Positions 1 through 10,771 of a DNA stretch of 64,000 nucleotides are shown here, in pieces. A program made the translations under genes and the position numbers. Below the pieces are notes generated by a model. That model did not search any database, was not told where the DNA came from, and saw nothing but the letters and a program-made list of their open reading frames with translations. How positions within the stretch are numbered: the first letter of the stretch is position 1; every line of letters starts with the position of its first letter. This DNA is from Candidatus Hydrogenedentota bacterium (GTDB taxonomy: Bacteria > Hydrogenedentota > Hydrogenedentia > Hydrogenedentales > SLHB01): positions 1,963,697-2,027,696 of the forward strand of contig CAXXYE010000009.1 in the NCBI GenBank assembly GCA_963674865.2. The letters are read 5' to 3'.

Positions 1-400
1 AATCATGCGTTGTCGTGTCCGCGAAGTTAAAAGGAAAGGTGACCAACGCTCGGCGCACCGATCGCGGCCGGCCCGGATGGTACGTGAGCGGGCGCACGTC
101 CGCGACAACGTCCACACCCCCGCAGGGCGCACACAGGCCCATCTCCGCGGGCAACGCAGCGGGTGCGAAGGGCAACGACACTCGGACAAGATGCGTGCCT
201 ACGGACGGCGGCGTCGCCTCGAATGAGGGCAAGGCGCCGATATGCCCCGCACACACTCCGTTTTCAGACACGGGGGGCTCCTGAACGCCGAATTGTCCTT
301 GCATGGCCCGGCCCGTCAGCGCAGGGCAACGTGAACTCCAGATGAGTGCTCCTGCAAGAACAGCCAGAATGAAGCCCAATCGCACAGTATTCCAAAACAT
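1..400 (-). CDS. N-terminus of a secreted protein that runs off the window edge; possibly carbohydrate-active
   Basis: Manual translation from ATG at 400 (RBS GAAGGAAAAGG): MFWNTVRLGFILAVLAGALIWSS...LVRVSLPFAPAALP...VADVRPLTYHPGRPRSVRRALVTFPF. Signal peptide, open to base 1. Not in the ORF track. Confidence 0.65.
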   Translation of the reverse strand, partial: MFWNTVRLGFILAVLAGALIWSSRCPALTGRAMQGQFGVQEPPVSENGVCAGHIGALPSFEATPPSVGTHLVRVSLPFAPAALPAEMGLCAPCGGVDVVADVRPLTYHPGRPRSVRRALVTFPFNFADTTTHD

Positions 401-469
401 GACCTTTTCCTTCCATCGCTCCCACGCGCCGGCTAAGGTAACAATAGCCTCACCTTCGTCTTCACCATT

Positions 470-900
470 AAGCGACTATCGTAGCTCCTCGTCGAGATTG
501 CGGGTCGACCACGCCGCTGCCAGTTTCACGCCGAAGGATAGGCGCTCTTCCCACATCGGTCTCGGTCGGGTACTACCAGCGGACAACTCCGCAGGCCCCC
601 TCTTGCGCGGGCCTCATCGCAGTTACCAGCGCGATCTCAAGTTTGAGTCACAGACCCGACGTGGGTTCCAAAAACTGTCTTCAATGAGTGGACCAAAAGA
701 CCTCGTCGTGGTTCAAGAGGGAGCGACAGCAGCCCGAAAGCAGCAACTCCAAGAAAGACGGGTTTCGTGCGCAGCAGGACTTCTTGACCTTCTTCCAGCA
801 GATGCAGAAGCGGCGACTCGCGGTGATTTTGAACATCATTGAAGCTTGTATGGCCGAGACTGCATGCGTAATGTCGGTAACGCGTGCCAGAAGATGCAAA
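470..900 (-). pseudogene. Heavily decayed relic of an integrase-core (rve-type) transposase N-terminus
   Basis: Shares the CATCATTGAAGCTT start-region motif with relics at ~19460 and ~29570. Broken frames give VFWS, VVRW and GRPAI..EELR fragments typical of this family. Confidence 0.4.
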
Positions 901-910
901 GAACAATTCT

Positions 911-3900
911 CTAGAAGGGGCTCATACCTGCGTAGAAGTTCCCGTCGTTCCCTTTGAGGCTCTTGAACTGGACGCCCTTTAGCAGGGGCCGAATCACTTC
1001 CTCGACCGACATACTGATTCTAGGCCGGAAAGCATCACCCTGCACGTACTCTAGAACACCGTCCATAAGCGCGATCGTCGCAGGATCGTCCATGTCGAGG
1101 TTGAACGATACCGTGAAGATGCAGCCCCCCTCCGTCTGGGCTTCCCACATCGCCGACTGCAGGCGGATGTACTTGTAGGAACTCACAACTTCCACGATGG
1201 GGTTGAACTCGACGGGAAACTTGTTGAATTCGACGCACTTGCCGTTCTCAAGGAGCTTGCTGAATTGCCAGTCGCACCAACCTTCGTGCGGCACGTATTT
1301 GAGCGCGGAATGTTGGTTGATGACCGTGGCGAAGTTCATATGCGCGCGGCCGGCCACGCCGATCTGAAAACGGGTGTCGTTTGCGGGAAACGGTTCAGCG
1401 CCAAGAAGCAGCACATTGCCGCCCGCCGCGAGGTGGTCCACGTCGGCTTCGGAAAGCCTTCTCACGATGCGAAGCGCCGCCTCCGGGGCTTCCGCCACGG
1501 GGCGGATTCCCGGATACCGGCCTTGTAGTAGTTCGAGCGCCTCGCCGTCTGCGGCGGCGGACACCGCAGGCGCCTCGCGTCCGGGAAACACCCAGAAGTC
1601 CCAGTGGTTCGTAATATCGTATCCCGGACCTTCCAGGGCGACGTCCAGCACCAGGTGTCGTGGCGCATCCAGTTCCGGGAAGTTGAACGCGATATTGCCC
1701 ACCTCGGCGACCGCACCGTCCGGGGCCTGTATGTTCTCAAGAGCCCCATCCAGGACCACGTTTTCGCCGTCGAGCAGGCGCCATGCAAGGTTCCCGCTAC
1801 GCAGGTCGGCCCCGCCGTAGAGGGACGTCATAACCGGTACGTCGAAGCTCTCCCCGCTGCGGAAGATGTGTCGCTTGGCGTTGTCCAGGAGTACGACGCT
1901 CTCGCCGTTGTACTGAAGCACGCGCTCGAGTGTATCGCCGGGCTTGAACTCGAAGAACTCGTTCAACATCCCGCATCCGTATCCCGAGTTGTGCCAGTGG
2001 CTGTCCCGTGCGCCTAGAAGGTCGTAGCCATCGAAGTCATCGCACTTGCGAAGGTTCTCGAGCACGAACTTCCGGGCTTGCCCGTGCCAGCGGGCCGAGT
2101 TCTCATAGTACGTGGGAGCCATGTCTAGGCGGCCGGCCGCCGTGACATATTCGCGGGCGGCCCTGTAAAGGTCGGCGGGCATGGTGCCCGTATAGCGCGA
2201 CTCGAGCGAAAGGTCGATGTACGTGCCGATAATCCCCGATTCGTGCGCCAGAATAGGGCGCTCATAGTGCGTGTATTCCGGCTCGACTTCGCGCCAGTCG
2301 CGTCCGGCGAAGTTGGAATAGCTGAAGTCATTGGCCCTAGCCGCAAAGACGTCTGAATACCGCGTTACACGTGCCCATAGGGCCTCATAGTAGGCGTCTT
2401 CGTCTTCAAAATGGGGCGGGAGGGGAAGGTCGGCGTGTCCTGCTTCAGATTCCGGCCCGGACATGGTGTGCATGGGAATGATGAGCGCATCCGGAGCGAG
2501 TGCTTTGGCTTCACGGTAGCGCTCGGCGAACTTCGAAATAAGCCCTTCGTGGCCCACTTCCTCGTTGCCCCCGCAGTACATGACAACCGAAGGATGGTTG
2601 CGGCAGGACCGGATCATCTCGCCCCAGCGCGCATCGTCACGCGGGTCGCGGGTGGGACTGACAGAGTGTTCGGGTTGAAGCAGAATACCGACTTCGTCCG
2701 CCGCCCTCATGTACGACTCCATGGGAACCCACGTGTGGAAGCGGATGTAATTGAAACCAACTTCTTTAAGGCGTTCTAGTCGTTCGCGGAAGTACTGCAC
2801 ATCATTCGGCGGATGAACTTCGGGGGCGAAGAAGTATATCTCGCACAGCCCTCGCAGGAGGATGGGGCGTCCGTTGAGAAAGAGACGCCTATCTCGTCGC
2901 TCCAATCGTCGCAGCCCGTAAGGCCGACTTCCCGCGTCTATCGGCGTTCCATCCACGTTCTCCCATCGTACCTCGATTTCGTGAAGGGTGGGCTCCCAGA
3001 TGCTCCAGGGCTTGACCCCATCCGAAACGCAGGCCCAATCTACAGTGAGCACTTCACGGGCCGCCAAGGCCCGCACGGCCACTTCACCATTGCGAATAGT
3101 CTCGCCCTGGGTGTTTGCTATCCTCCAGACAAGGCGCGTGTCGCGAGGCAGTCCAGCGGGGGCAGTTAGTTCGGCTTTCCATCGCAACTGCCCCAGGCCC
3201 TCCTCCGGATACACATAGTACGATGCGATGCGACCGGAGCCCGCCGACACGTGCAAAGAGACATCGCCATAGATTCCCCCGGACCCGCCCGCGTACCCGC
3301 GAAGGGCGCAGCTGTTGATCCAGCGCACCGCGTTGTCGACACCCAGGACAATCTCGTTGGTCTCACCGCAGAGCAATTCGCCTGTCAAATCGAATTCCGC
3401 CGGTGTGTCGTGACCATGGTGCATGTCCATATATACACCGTTCAGGTAGCAGTAGGTATCAACGCGTGCGCCACCTACCCGAAGGATAACGGTGCGGCCA
3501 TCCCAGTCGCGGGGAACATCAAACTGCTTCTTGTACCAACCGACACCCTGGACGAATGGCAACCCCGCGTCAGGGTGGCGCGGCCGGCCTGAACCCCGAT
3601 AGGGAAACCGGATCGGATGGGCGTTCGAGCCCCCATAATATGCAACATTGCTGCCCCAAGGTGCTTCGGGAATGTAGCTCAACTGGTCATCCCAGTACCC
3701 CGGCACCGCCATGTCGAGGGCAAACTGATCGTCCGTGGGAAGCTGCGGGTTGGGGCGGATCATCACCGCAACGGTGAATCTCTCGACGACTTCCGCTGGA
3801 GACGGGTTCGTAGTGTAGGCGAACCGCCACGAGCCGTTCAGGGAAATGTCCTCCGCTCTTACACCCCACGCCAACACGACGAGCCCTATCAACAGAGTGC

Positions 3901-3922
3901 AAAATACAAACCTCTTTGTCAT
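911..3922 (-). CDS. Secreted glycoside hydrolase family 2 (beta-galactosidase/glucuronidase-like)
   Basis: ISLNGSWRF, GVGWYKKQF, WSIWEPTLH, LNGRPILLRG, GFNYIRFH, RNHPSVVMYCGGNE motifs. Likely start MTKRF at 3922 with GGAG RBS and signal peptide. Confidence 0.85.
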   Translation of the reverse strand: MTKRFVFCTLLIGLVVLAWGVRAEDISLNGSWRFAYTTNPSPAEVVERFTVAVMIRPNPQLPTDDQFALDMAVPGYWDDQLSYIPEAPWGSNVAYYGGSNAHPIRFPYRGSGRPRHPDAGLPFVQGVGWYKKQFDVPRDWDGRTVILRVGGARVDTYCYLNGVYMDMHHGHDTPAEFDLTGELLCGETNEIVLGVDNAVRWINSCALRGYAGGSGGIYGDVSLHVSAGSGRIASYYVYPEEGLGQLRWKAELTAPAGLPRDTRLVWRIANTQGETIRNGEVAVRALAAREVLTVDWACVSDGVKPWSIWEPTLHEIEVRWENVDGTPIDAGSRPYGLRRLERRDRRLFLNGRPILLRGLCEIYFFAPEVHPPNDVQYFRERLERLKEVGFNYIRFHTWVPMESYMRAADEVGILLQPEHSVSPTRDPRDDARWGEMIRSCRNHPSVVMYCGGNEEVGHEGLISKFAERYREAKALAPDALIIPMHTMSGPESEAGHADLPLPPHFEDEDAYYEALWARVTRYSDVFAARANDFSYSNFAGRDWREVEPEYTHYERPILAHESGIIGTYIDLSLESRYTGTMPADLYRAAREYVTAAGRLDMAPTYYENSARWHGQARKFVLENLRKCDDFDGYDLLGARDSHWHNSGYGCGMLNEFFEFKPGDTLERVLQYNGESVVLLDNAKRHIFRSGESFDVPVMTSLYGGADLRSGNLAWRLLDGENVVLDGALENIQAPDGAVAEVGNIAFNFPELDAPRHLVLDVALEGPGYDITNHWDFWVFPGREAPAVSAAADGEALELLQGRYPGIRPVAEAPEAALRIVRRLSEADVDHLAAGGNVLLLGAEPFPANDTRFQIGVAGRAHMNFATVINQHSALKYVPHEGWCDWQFSKLLENGKCVEFNKFPVEFNPIVEVVSSYKYIRLQSAMWEAQTEGGCIFTVSFNLDMDDPATIALMDGVLEYVQGDAFRPRISMSVEEVIRPLLKGVQFKSLKGNDGNFYAGMSPF

Positions 3923-3981
3923 GGTTTCTCCACCGACGTCTTCGGTTTCTAGATCTTGACCGTGCTCGGGCGGCGCATTCT

Positions 3982-6354
3982 TCATTTGTATTCGGCTTGC
4001 GACCATTCCTCAAAAAAAGCGACGGCAGGCTTGTTGGAAGCCGTGAGCGCTCCCGCCCACTCGGATCTGTCCATGTTATTCAGAAGAACTCGGTCCTCAC
4101 CGGCAGCGCGCACGAGGTGTTCGACGTCAGCTACCTTTAGAATCCCGGGGATTTTTGAAGCCGAATTGTCGTAACCCACAAGCTGCACAAAGCTCGAGAA
4201 CATCCCGTCGATTGCCGTCCCCTTGATACGATTGTCCAGGAGCGACGCGACCAGGCACGCCAAGCCCATTTCACGGCCCCGGCCCGCCACCAAGACACTC
4301 TCAAACTCCTGCTGACCCTCCAAGTAGTTCACAACACACAGTAGGTCATATGCCCACATCCCGCCGAGTGGACGTCCCATAACGATGGGAGCCTGACGCA
4401 GAATGTGCATTTCACCCCGCATGCCAGCGCCGCGCGGCTCCACCACAAACACCGTGGCATGACGGGCCAGGGCCTGCACCTCGTCTCGCTGTGATTCCGT
4501 CTCAAAATCAGACTCCCCGAGCCAGATGACGGCTCGCGGCCCTTTGCCCATCCGCAGTACGGCCACCTGCACGCCGGGGTCGGTCGTGAGCAGGAAGCCC
4601 CGGTTGGTTGGCACGGCTTCCGGGGCCTCAAGGCCCGGTAGGTTGAGCAATGCACGGACCTTCCCGGGCAGGGCTGAGGGCTCGGGACGCAACTTCGAAC
4701 GGAGTGTGGCCGCCCGGTCAATCCAGATGCTATCTACGGTTTCGGCGCCCTCTTCCGGGATACCTTTTCCGCCAAAGACCAGAATCGCGGGGTCGGTCTC
4801 ATCGAACAACTCGTCTTCCAGGGGCGGCTCGTCAACGGGAAACCCATCGCCCGTGCCCTTGAGCCAGCGGTCGACAAACCCATAGGTGGTCTCGCGCATG
4901 CGCTTTGTGTAATCGTGCACACCCGGTTCGATTGTGTGTAGCAGCCGTGACTCGGCGCCCAAAAGCCGATAGAAAGGCCGCGCGGCGTTGACCATCTGCT
5001 CGCACGCGTAGGATGTGGCGTAGTCGGCGTCCACGTTCATGATGAGCATGGCCCTTGGCGCCGTAATGGCGATCAGGCTGGCCATGCCGCCCATTTGAGA
5101 GATCCCCGGCACCCAATTGTCGCCGGAGTAATAGAAGTTCAAGGCGAGTTCCGACATGGGCCAAAGCGCCACGGCAGGCATCACCGCGTCGAAGCGCTCA
5201 TCCACCGCGCCCGCGTAGAAGGTCTGCAGGCCCCCGCCTGAGGCCCCGGTAATCCCCAGGTGCGTGGTATCTATATCGGGTCGCGACTCCAGGTAGTCCA
5301 CCCCGCGCATGATGTCCCATACTTCGTGGCCCGCGATGGCGCCTCCAGCGACCAAGGGGCCAAAACCCTCGTTGTTGCCGGGGATATGCCGTTCCCAGGC
5401 ATAAACGCCCTCAATGGCCAATACGGCATACCCATGTTTCGCGAGCCCGATACCCCGCAGTTGAGGTTTTTCGGAACTCTTGCCGTAGCTCCAGTGGCCG
5501 ATGGCACTGATGATCGCGGGAACGGGTTCCGTAATGTTCTTCGGCAGATAGAGCAGCGCGGGCACGAGGTGGTTTGGCCGGCTTTCGTAAGCGATCTTTT
5601 CAATGACGTAGTCCGTTCTGTCAATTCGGCCTTTGACGCTGGCGTTTAAGGGGGTCCGCGGTGGAAGGGGGTCGAGCCCCAGGGCGTTCAGCACCCGGCT
5701 CCGCAGCAGTTGCTGACGCTCGCTGACTTCCGCCACCGACCTGGGAGCGAGTTTAGGGGCTTCAAGCCGCACCAGCTCGCTCCTGAGCCATTCCGTGAAC
5801 TGGATAATTCGGCCGATTCGATCGTCCATTGGCGTCGAGCAGAAGGCCACGGCCGCAAAGCTGTGGTTACTAGCTTGGCCCGGGGTTGGTGACTCCACGC
5901 GGATTTCAGCCTCGCTCTTGGGCAGGATCACCGATGCCACGCGCACCCATCCGAACTTGCACACCTTCGCCTGCATGGGCGGAATTAGACAAGAGTCGTT
6001 CACCCAGATACGGACGTCTGCTGGCGCTGAAGGTGACGTATAAATTCGGGCATAGACTTGATACTCACCACCCTCAAAGGCAACGTGCTTGCTTACAGGT
6101 GAACCATTCGAGGTGAAGAAGTTGCCTGCTCCCCAAGACTGCCCCTCTTTCCACTGGTCGATTCCCGCCATTTCCGCCGCTTGGACGACTATCAGCTCCG
6201 CCCCCACTCGGCTGGGCAACAGCAGGAATAGAAGCGCGAGACTAACTGCCAAAGATCTGCGGAGTGGTGACCCACTACTCAACCACGAAACAACATGGCA
6301 TTTCGTATTCTTCACTTGAGCTATTCCTATGCGGTTTGCTGAACATGGGACCAT
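3982..6354 (-). CDS. Secreted acetylxylan-esterase-like protein with two alpha/beta-hydrolase modules
   Basis: IEKIAYESRP, VPALLYLP, GH, WDIMRGVDYLESRPDID, nucleophile elbow GASGGG; second degenerate hydrolase domain at the C-terminus; start codon uncertain. Confidence 0.8.
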   Translation of the reverse strand: MVPCSANRIGIAQVKNTKCHVVSWLSSGSPLRRSLAVSLALLFLLLPSRVGAELIVVQAAEMAGIDQWKEGQSWGAGNFFTSNGSPVSKHVAFEGGEYQVYARIYTSPSAPADVRIWVNDSCLIPPMQAKVCKFGWVRVASVILPKSEAEIRVESPTPGQASNHSFAAVAFCSTPMDDRIGRIIQFTEWLRSELVRLEAPKLAPRSVAEVSERQQLLRSRVLNALGLDPLPPRTPLNASVKGRIDRTDYVIEKIAYESRPNHLVPALLYLPKNITEPVPAIISAIGHWSYGKSSEKPQLRGIGLAKHGYAVLAIEGVYAWERHIPGNNEGFGPLVAGGAIAGHEVWDIMRGVDYLESRPDIDTTHLGITGASGGGLQTFYAGAVDERFDAVMPAVALWPMSELALNFYYSGDNWVPGISQMGGMASLIAITAPRAMLIMNVDADYATSYACEQMVNAARPFYRLLGAESRLLHTIEPGVHDYTKRMRETTYGFVDRWLKGTGDGFPVDEPPLEDELFDETDPAILVFGGKGIPEEGAETVDSIWIDRAATLRSKLRPEPSALPGKVRALLNLPGLEAPEAVPTNRGFLLTTDPGVQVAVLRMGKGPRAVIWLGESDFETESQRDEVQALARHATVFVVEPRGAGMRGEMHILRQAPIVMGRPLGGMWAYDLLCVVNYLEGQQEFESVLVAGRGREMGLACLVASLLDNRIKGTAIDGMFSSFVQLVGYDNSASKIPGILKVADVEHLVRAAGEDRVLLNNMDRSEWAGALTASNKPAVAFFEEWSQAEYK

Positions 6355-6551
6355 AACGAGTATTCCATCTGGGCATTATCTTGGCCAATTCTCTGAATTC
6401 AGCTCAGCGTACAAGGCAATCGAAAACAGATGAGTTTTCAGGAAGCACAACACTTGGCGAACCCTGAAGCGAAATAGATCCTTCTAGCTGGCTTGTTATA
6501 ACAGAGACAGATTGAAAACTCGATTCTAGCGATGCAGGGTAATCAGTAGTT

Positions 6552-7403
6552 TTGAAGGCATCTTCTTTCATATTGACGCTGACCGCAGTGGTCATCGGCG
6601 GCTTCTTCCTTGTGGGATGTTCAAATCCGAAGCCTTGGCCGGAAAGCCCTCTGTACGAGACGCCGGTCAACGATCCGAATTGGGAGGCGCCCGCGAGCAA
6701 GGAAGAAGCCATGGCCGCCATGGCAGGGCATTATGCCCACTACGATGTGGTTGCCTATGACGGCGAGACGCCCAACGGACCCCTGTCCACGTTTGTGATC
6801 TCTTATGGCTTCACGGATTTGGTCATCGAAGATGGCGAGCTTGTCGAGTACGACAGCTTCTGTCACGCTGAACATAGAGCCAATCAGAATATGGTCACCA
6901 TGTTCCCGGATGAGGCTACACAAGCCATCGTCCCCCGGAGCGCAATAGTCGATGTTTATGAAGAAGCCGGGAAATGGAAGATATGGCGTCCCGCAACACC
7001 CACGCTGATCGGGATCGATGGCAATCCCGACGAGCCGCTATCAATGGACCCCAATGATCCGCTGATCACCGATGATGACAACGATGGAAAGCCAGGCGTC
7101 ACGGTGTTCGTGAAATTGTTCGGCCTGATTAAAGGTGAGATCTATCTTGCTCGTCGTGAGATATTCAAGAATGACTTGACGCTCTATTCCGAAGGTAGCT
7201 TGCGCGGCTCGGTGATTGACGATTCGGAACAGCTAGTGGTTGGCGCATCGCTTTGCATCCTGAACACACCGAATGATCCAAAGCAGTGGGAAGACCCCGG
7301 TCTCAACCCAATCATACTGGTTCCGATCCCCGATGACATCGACAGCTGTGAAGAACTCATGGCGAATCGAGATTCACTGTTTCCCGCTGAGCCCAAATTC
7401 TGA
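6552..7403 (+). CDS. Hypothetical acidic lipoprotein
   Basis: Lipobox FLVGC; DDDNDGKPG Ca-binding-like loop; 283-aa ORF. Confidence 0.7.
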   Translation: MKASSFILTLTAVVIGGFFLVGCSNPKPWPESPLYETPVNDPNWEAPASKEEAMAAMAGHYAHYDVVAYDGETPNGPLSTFVISYGFTDLVIEDGELVEYDSFCHAEHRANQNMVTMFPDEATQAIVPRSAIVDVYEEAGKWKIWRPATPTLIGIDGNPDEPLSMDPNDPLITDDDNDGKPGVTVFVKLFGLIKGEIYLARREIFKNDLTLYSEGSLRGSVIDDSEQLVVGASLCILNTPNDPKQWEDPGLNPIILVPIPDDIDSCEELMANRDSLFPAEPKF

Positions 7404-7645
7404 GATTCTATAGCACACCACCGCTAATTCCACGGCTTCCGGTGACCCGCTTCCGCACAGGCTGAGGTCGAGTTCTCATTTAGTTGGAGTGGGCCCACAG
7501 GTCCATGGCCTTGAAGGTGGGCGCGTCGGAAAGGTCATTTGCCACTCCCCAAGAGCTTCCTTTTTATTCTTCAAAGCCTGCTCCCTGAGGGTCCGAGGAT
7601 ATAAAAACACTATCTGCTGAGATTGACGCGGTTTGAGAACCGGTA

Positions 7646-8155
7646 TCACTTACTAGACCGGAGCGGGCGCCATCCTTTGCTGGTTTGGGCGAGCAGGCGC
7701 ATCAAACGAATGCGGTTGTATCTTTGGGTGACAATGCACGGGAGATTGGCCGCGACCGCGTAAGCCACCATCAGCCAACCGACCCACCAAGGATTCCAGA
7801 GAAAGAAGAGGGCCGAACAGGCAAGCACACTCCAATGCACGGCCTCACCACGGCAGGTTTCCCTCGCGAACCGATTGATGTATTCGGGATGGTTTGCGTT
7901 TAGGCGTTTCTTAGGAAACCCCTTCTTGAATAGTGCAGCCCCGTCCGGCAGCAGACCTTTCCAACGTCGCACAGCGAACATGACCTCGTACAAACGTCCG
8001 CCAAGTTCCCATGAACGCTCCCGGTAGCACCAATGGTCGGGTCGGAACAGCGCTATGGGCAGCTGCGTGCCGAGCCAAGCGGCCGTCATATGGATGATGG
8101 GCCACGCCGCGACGTTTAACACTACTAACCATAGAAGGGGCAACTCGACAAGCAC
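7646..8155 (-). CDS. crtO: Glycosyl-4,4'-diaponeurosporenoate acyltransferase
   Basis: YE..FAVRRWKGLLPDG, F..ETCRGE..HW and NLPCIVTQRYNRIRL motifs; directly downstream of crtQ. Confidence 0.85.
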   Translation of the reverse strand: MLVELPLLWLVVLNVAAWPIIHMTAAWLGTQLPIALFRPDHWCYRERSWELGGRLYEVMFAVRRWKGLLPDGAALFKKGFPKKRLNANHPEYINRFARETCRGEAVHWSVLACSALFFLWNPWWVGWLMVAYAVAANLPCIVTQRYNRIRLMRLLAQTSKGWRPLRSSK

Positions 8156-8165
8156 GTTGACGTCC

Positions 8166-9275
8166 TCAGTCCTCCCTCGTTTTCTCCCCTGTCTCGCGAC
8201 CTTTCCAGGATACCCGTTTGCCGCAGAGTCTCAGGTACATTGACCGAGCAAAAACGGCTTGGTAGAAGCAGAGCGGAATCGGGTAGAAGACCGACGTAAC
8301 CAGTCTGAACGCCCCAATTCGCCGGAGGATGCACTGCAGTTGCAGCACGAAGAGCAGGTAGAGGCCTGCGCCAAGCCACAGCGCCATTGTGCTGGCTATG
8401 GTACCCCACACCAGAAAGGCGGCAGCGAGAATGGCCCCGGTGAACCACCCCACACTGGCAAGCATGATCCAAGTCGGGGTCTCGGCTGCACCGAAGGCGA
8501 ACGCTTTGCTCCAGCCCTGTATCAGGCTCCGAAGGCCTTCAGGGTACATCTGTATGTTGAAGCTGCCTCTGCCTCCAAGGCAGCGTGTAAGGACTCCCCG
8601 CTCACGGAACGTCCTAGCAAGATGGAGGTTCTCAAGGATCTTGTCCTTCACCGCCCCGTGCCCTCCGACGGCTGCGTAGCTTTGGCGGTCAACCATTAGG
8701 AAAGGTCCCAAGAGTCCCGTGGCAGGGCGGTTGCGCCCACCAATGGCAAACGCACCCGTGCCAGCCACCATAAGGATGTTAAAGAACGCGGACAGTTCCT
8801 CGTAAAGCCGCTCGACACTGTGATAGGCAGCCACCGACAGCGCGCCACGTCCATCGAGATAGGTGTCAAGAATGGTGCGCAGGCCGCCGTCCTCGAAGAA
8901 TGTATCTGCGTCGAGGAAGAGGAGTATTTCGCCCGTAGCCGTGTCCGCCCCCTGCGTACATGCCCACGTTTTGCCAGTCCATCCTTCTGGTAGGGGCTTT
9001 GACTCTATAACGATGGCTCCGGCGGCGCGCGCCACGTCGGATGTGCGGTCTGTTGAGTCGTCGTCGACGACGATTATCTCGTGTGGCTGAATGCCCTGTG
9101 TTGATAATGATACGAGCAAACGGGGTAGATTCCGTTCCTCGTTGCGCGCCGGTACGATCACCGATAATCTTGGATAGGAGTGTTGCTGTCCGGAGCGCTC
9201 ACATGTGGGAATGTGGAATAGGAAAAGGAACGCCGTACCCCAAAACAGAAAGATGATGAAGGTCAGGAGTATCAT
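8166..9275 (-). CDS. crtQ: GT2 4,4'-diaponeurosporenoate glycosyltransferase
   Basis: SVIVPARNEE, VDDDSTD, GWTGKTWAC, FLDAD motifs; ATGA overlap with the crtP stop at 9272-9275. Confidence 0.8.
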   Translation of the reverse strand: MILLTFIIFLFWGTAFLFLFHIPTCERSGQQHSYPRLSVIVPARNEERNLPRLLVSLSTQGIQPHEIIVVDDDSTDRTSDVARAAGAIVIESKPLPEGWTGKTWACTQGADTATGEILLFLDADTFFEDGGLRTILDTYLDGRGALSVAAYHSVERLYEELSAFFNILMVAGTGAFAIGGRNRPATGLLGPFLMVDRQSYAAVGGHGAVKDKILENLHLARTFRERGVLTRCLGGRGSFNIQMYPEGLRSLIQGWSKAFAFGAAETPTWIMLASVGWFTGAILAAAFLVWGTIASTMALWLGAGLYLLFVLQLQCILRRIGAFRLVTSVFYPIPLCFYQAVFARSMYLRLCGKRVSWKGRETGEKTRED

Positions 9276-10771
9276 GTGTCCCATGCCAAGATTGCGCGGC
9301 ACACATTTTGTCCACACAGGACAACCATGGGCATGCCGGCACCCGGATTCACGGATCCGCCTACGAAGAAGAGGTTAGGATACCGTGGGCTCTGTTTGGG
9401 CGCCTTAAAGCCCAGGTTCTTGAATCGGTCGCATACGACACCGTAGATGGAACCTTGGTTTGAGTAATACATACTCTGGATGTCCAAAGGCGTCCACATG
9501 TGTTCGAAGACTATGTGCTGCCGCAAATCCGAAAGCCCCATCCGCTCCAATTTCAATACGACGCGGTTACGCAACGCAGCGTAGTCGTCGCGGGTCAGCG
9601 GTCGGTCCGGGTCAATGTGGGGGATGTGCGGGAGAATCTTCAGACAATCGCAGCCCGGCGGGGCCACGGTGGGATCGCTCTTGGAAGCGGCTACGAGGTA
9701 GATGGTGGGATCGTCAGGTATCTGCCTCTTATGAAACACGCTGTTGAAATGGGTTTGCTGATCTCCGGAGAAGAAGAAGTTGTGATGAGCGAGTTGTGAA
9801 TACGTTGTATCGAGGCCGAGATCGAGGACCAAGCCGCTACAGGCTGGCTCGAAGCGGCGCAGCTTCTTGAGAAAGCGCTTGTCCTCGTGCAATAGATCGC
9901 GGTACGCGGGGATTACCTCCATGTTGCTTACGATTATGTCCGCATTGACCACGCCGCCATCCCTTAGCGTAAGTCCTGTCACGCGGTCTTGGTCTGTTCG
10001 AATTTCGACGACCTCGCAGTTAAGGTGCACCTGAATTCCGAGTTCTTCTATCAAACGTGCGAGCCCCCGGGCAATGTTGTACATGCCGCCTTCGACGTAC
10101 CACAGATCGTGCCGGAACTGAATGGTAGCCAAACAGTTCATGAAGGCAGGGGCGTCATACGCCGAGGAGCCCACATACTTGATAAAGAAGTCAAAGATGT
10201 CGCGTAGATGAGGGCGCGTTAAATACCGGGCAACGCTCTGATGCATGTTGCGGAACAGGTCGAATTTCAGGAAGTTGAGGAGCCCATAGTGTCGGCGGAA
10301 GTCCGCGGATGTGTCTAAGCCTTTCTGGAAATAGCCGTCGTTGACTAGATCGTAGAGCTGCGCCGAATACCTCAAGAAAGCCTCTAGCGCCTCCGGTCTT
10401 TCCCCTGCCTTCCGGGCCTCCTCAGCCATGCGGTCCGGCTCAGGGTAGAGGTCGATGGCGGCACCATCCTCGAAGAAGTTCCGCCAATGCGGCCGGACGG
10501 GCAAGATAGTGAAGTAATCGGACATTCTATGGCCCGAACGGTCGAAAAGGGGCTCAAAGAAGTGTGGAAGCGTTAGAATGGATGGACCCAAATCGAAGGT
10601 GTAGCCTTCCGCCCTCAAGACGTTCAGTTTGCCTCCAATTTGGCCGTTTTTCTCGTAAATCGCGACCGGGTAGCCCTCCTGTGCAAGTGAAATCGCGGCA
10701 GAGATTCCGCCCAGCCCTGCACCGACCACAACGACGTGTTTGTCTCTCTCTCCCGCACAAGACTTATTCAT
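9272..10771 (-). CDS. crtP: Diapolycopene/diaponeurosporene oxygenase (CrtNb/CrtP), CrtI family
   Basis: GAGLGGISAAISLA, GGKLN, FDLGPSILTLP, PHWRNFFEDG, FIKYVGSS, GGSVNPGAGMPMV: CrtNb/CrtP-type signatures. Confidence 0.85.
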   Translation of the reverse strand: MNKSCAGERDKHVVVVGAGLGGISAAISLAQEGYPVAIYEKNGQIGGKLNVLRAEGYTFDLGPSILTLPHFFEPLFDRSGHRMSDYFTILPVRPHWRNFFEDGAAIDLYPEPDRMAEEARKAGERPEALEAFLRYSAQLYDLVNDGYFQKGLDTSADFRRHYGLLNFLKFDLFRNMHQSVARYLTRPHLRDIFDFFIKYVGSSAYDAPAFMNCLATIQFRHDLWYVEGGMYNIARGLARLIEELGIQVHLNCEVVEIRTDQDRVTGLTLRDGGVVNADIIVSNMEVIPAYRDLLHEDKRFLKKLRRFEPACSGLVLDLGLDTTYSQLAHHNFFFSGDQQTHFNSVFHKRQIPDDPTIYLVAASKSDPTVAPPGCDCLKILPHIPHIDPDRPLTRDDYAALRNRVVLKLERMGLSDLRQHIVFEHMWTPLDIQSMYYSNQGSIYGVVCDRFKNLGFKAPKQSPRYPNLFFVGGSVNPGAGMPMVVLCGQNVCRAILAWDT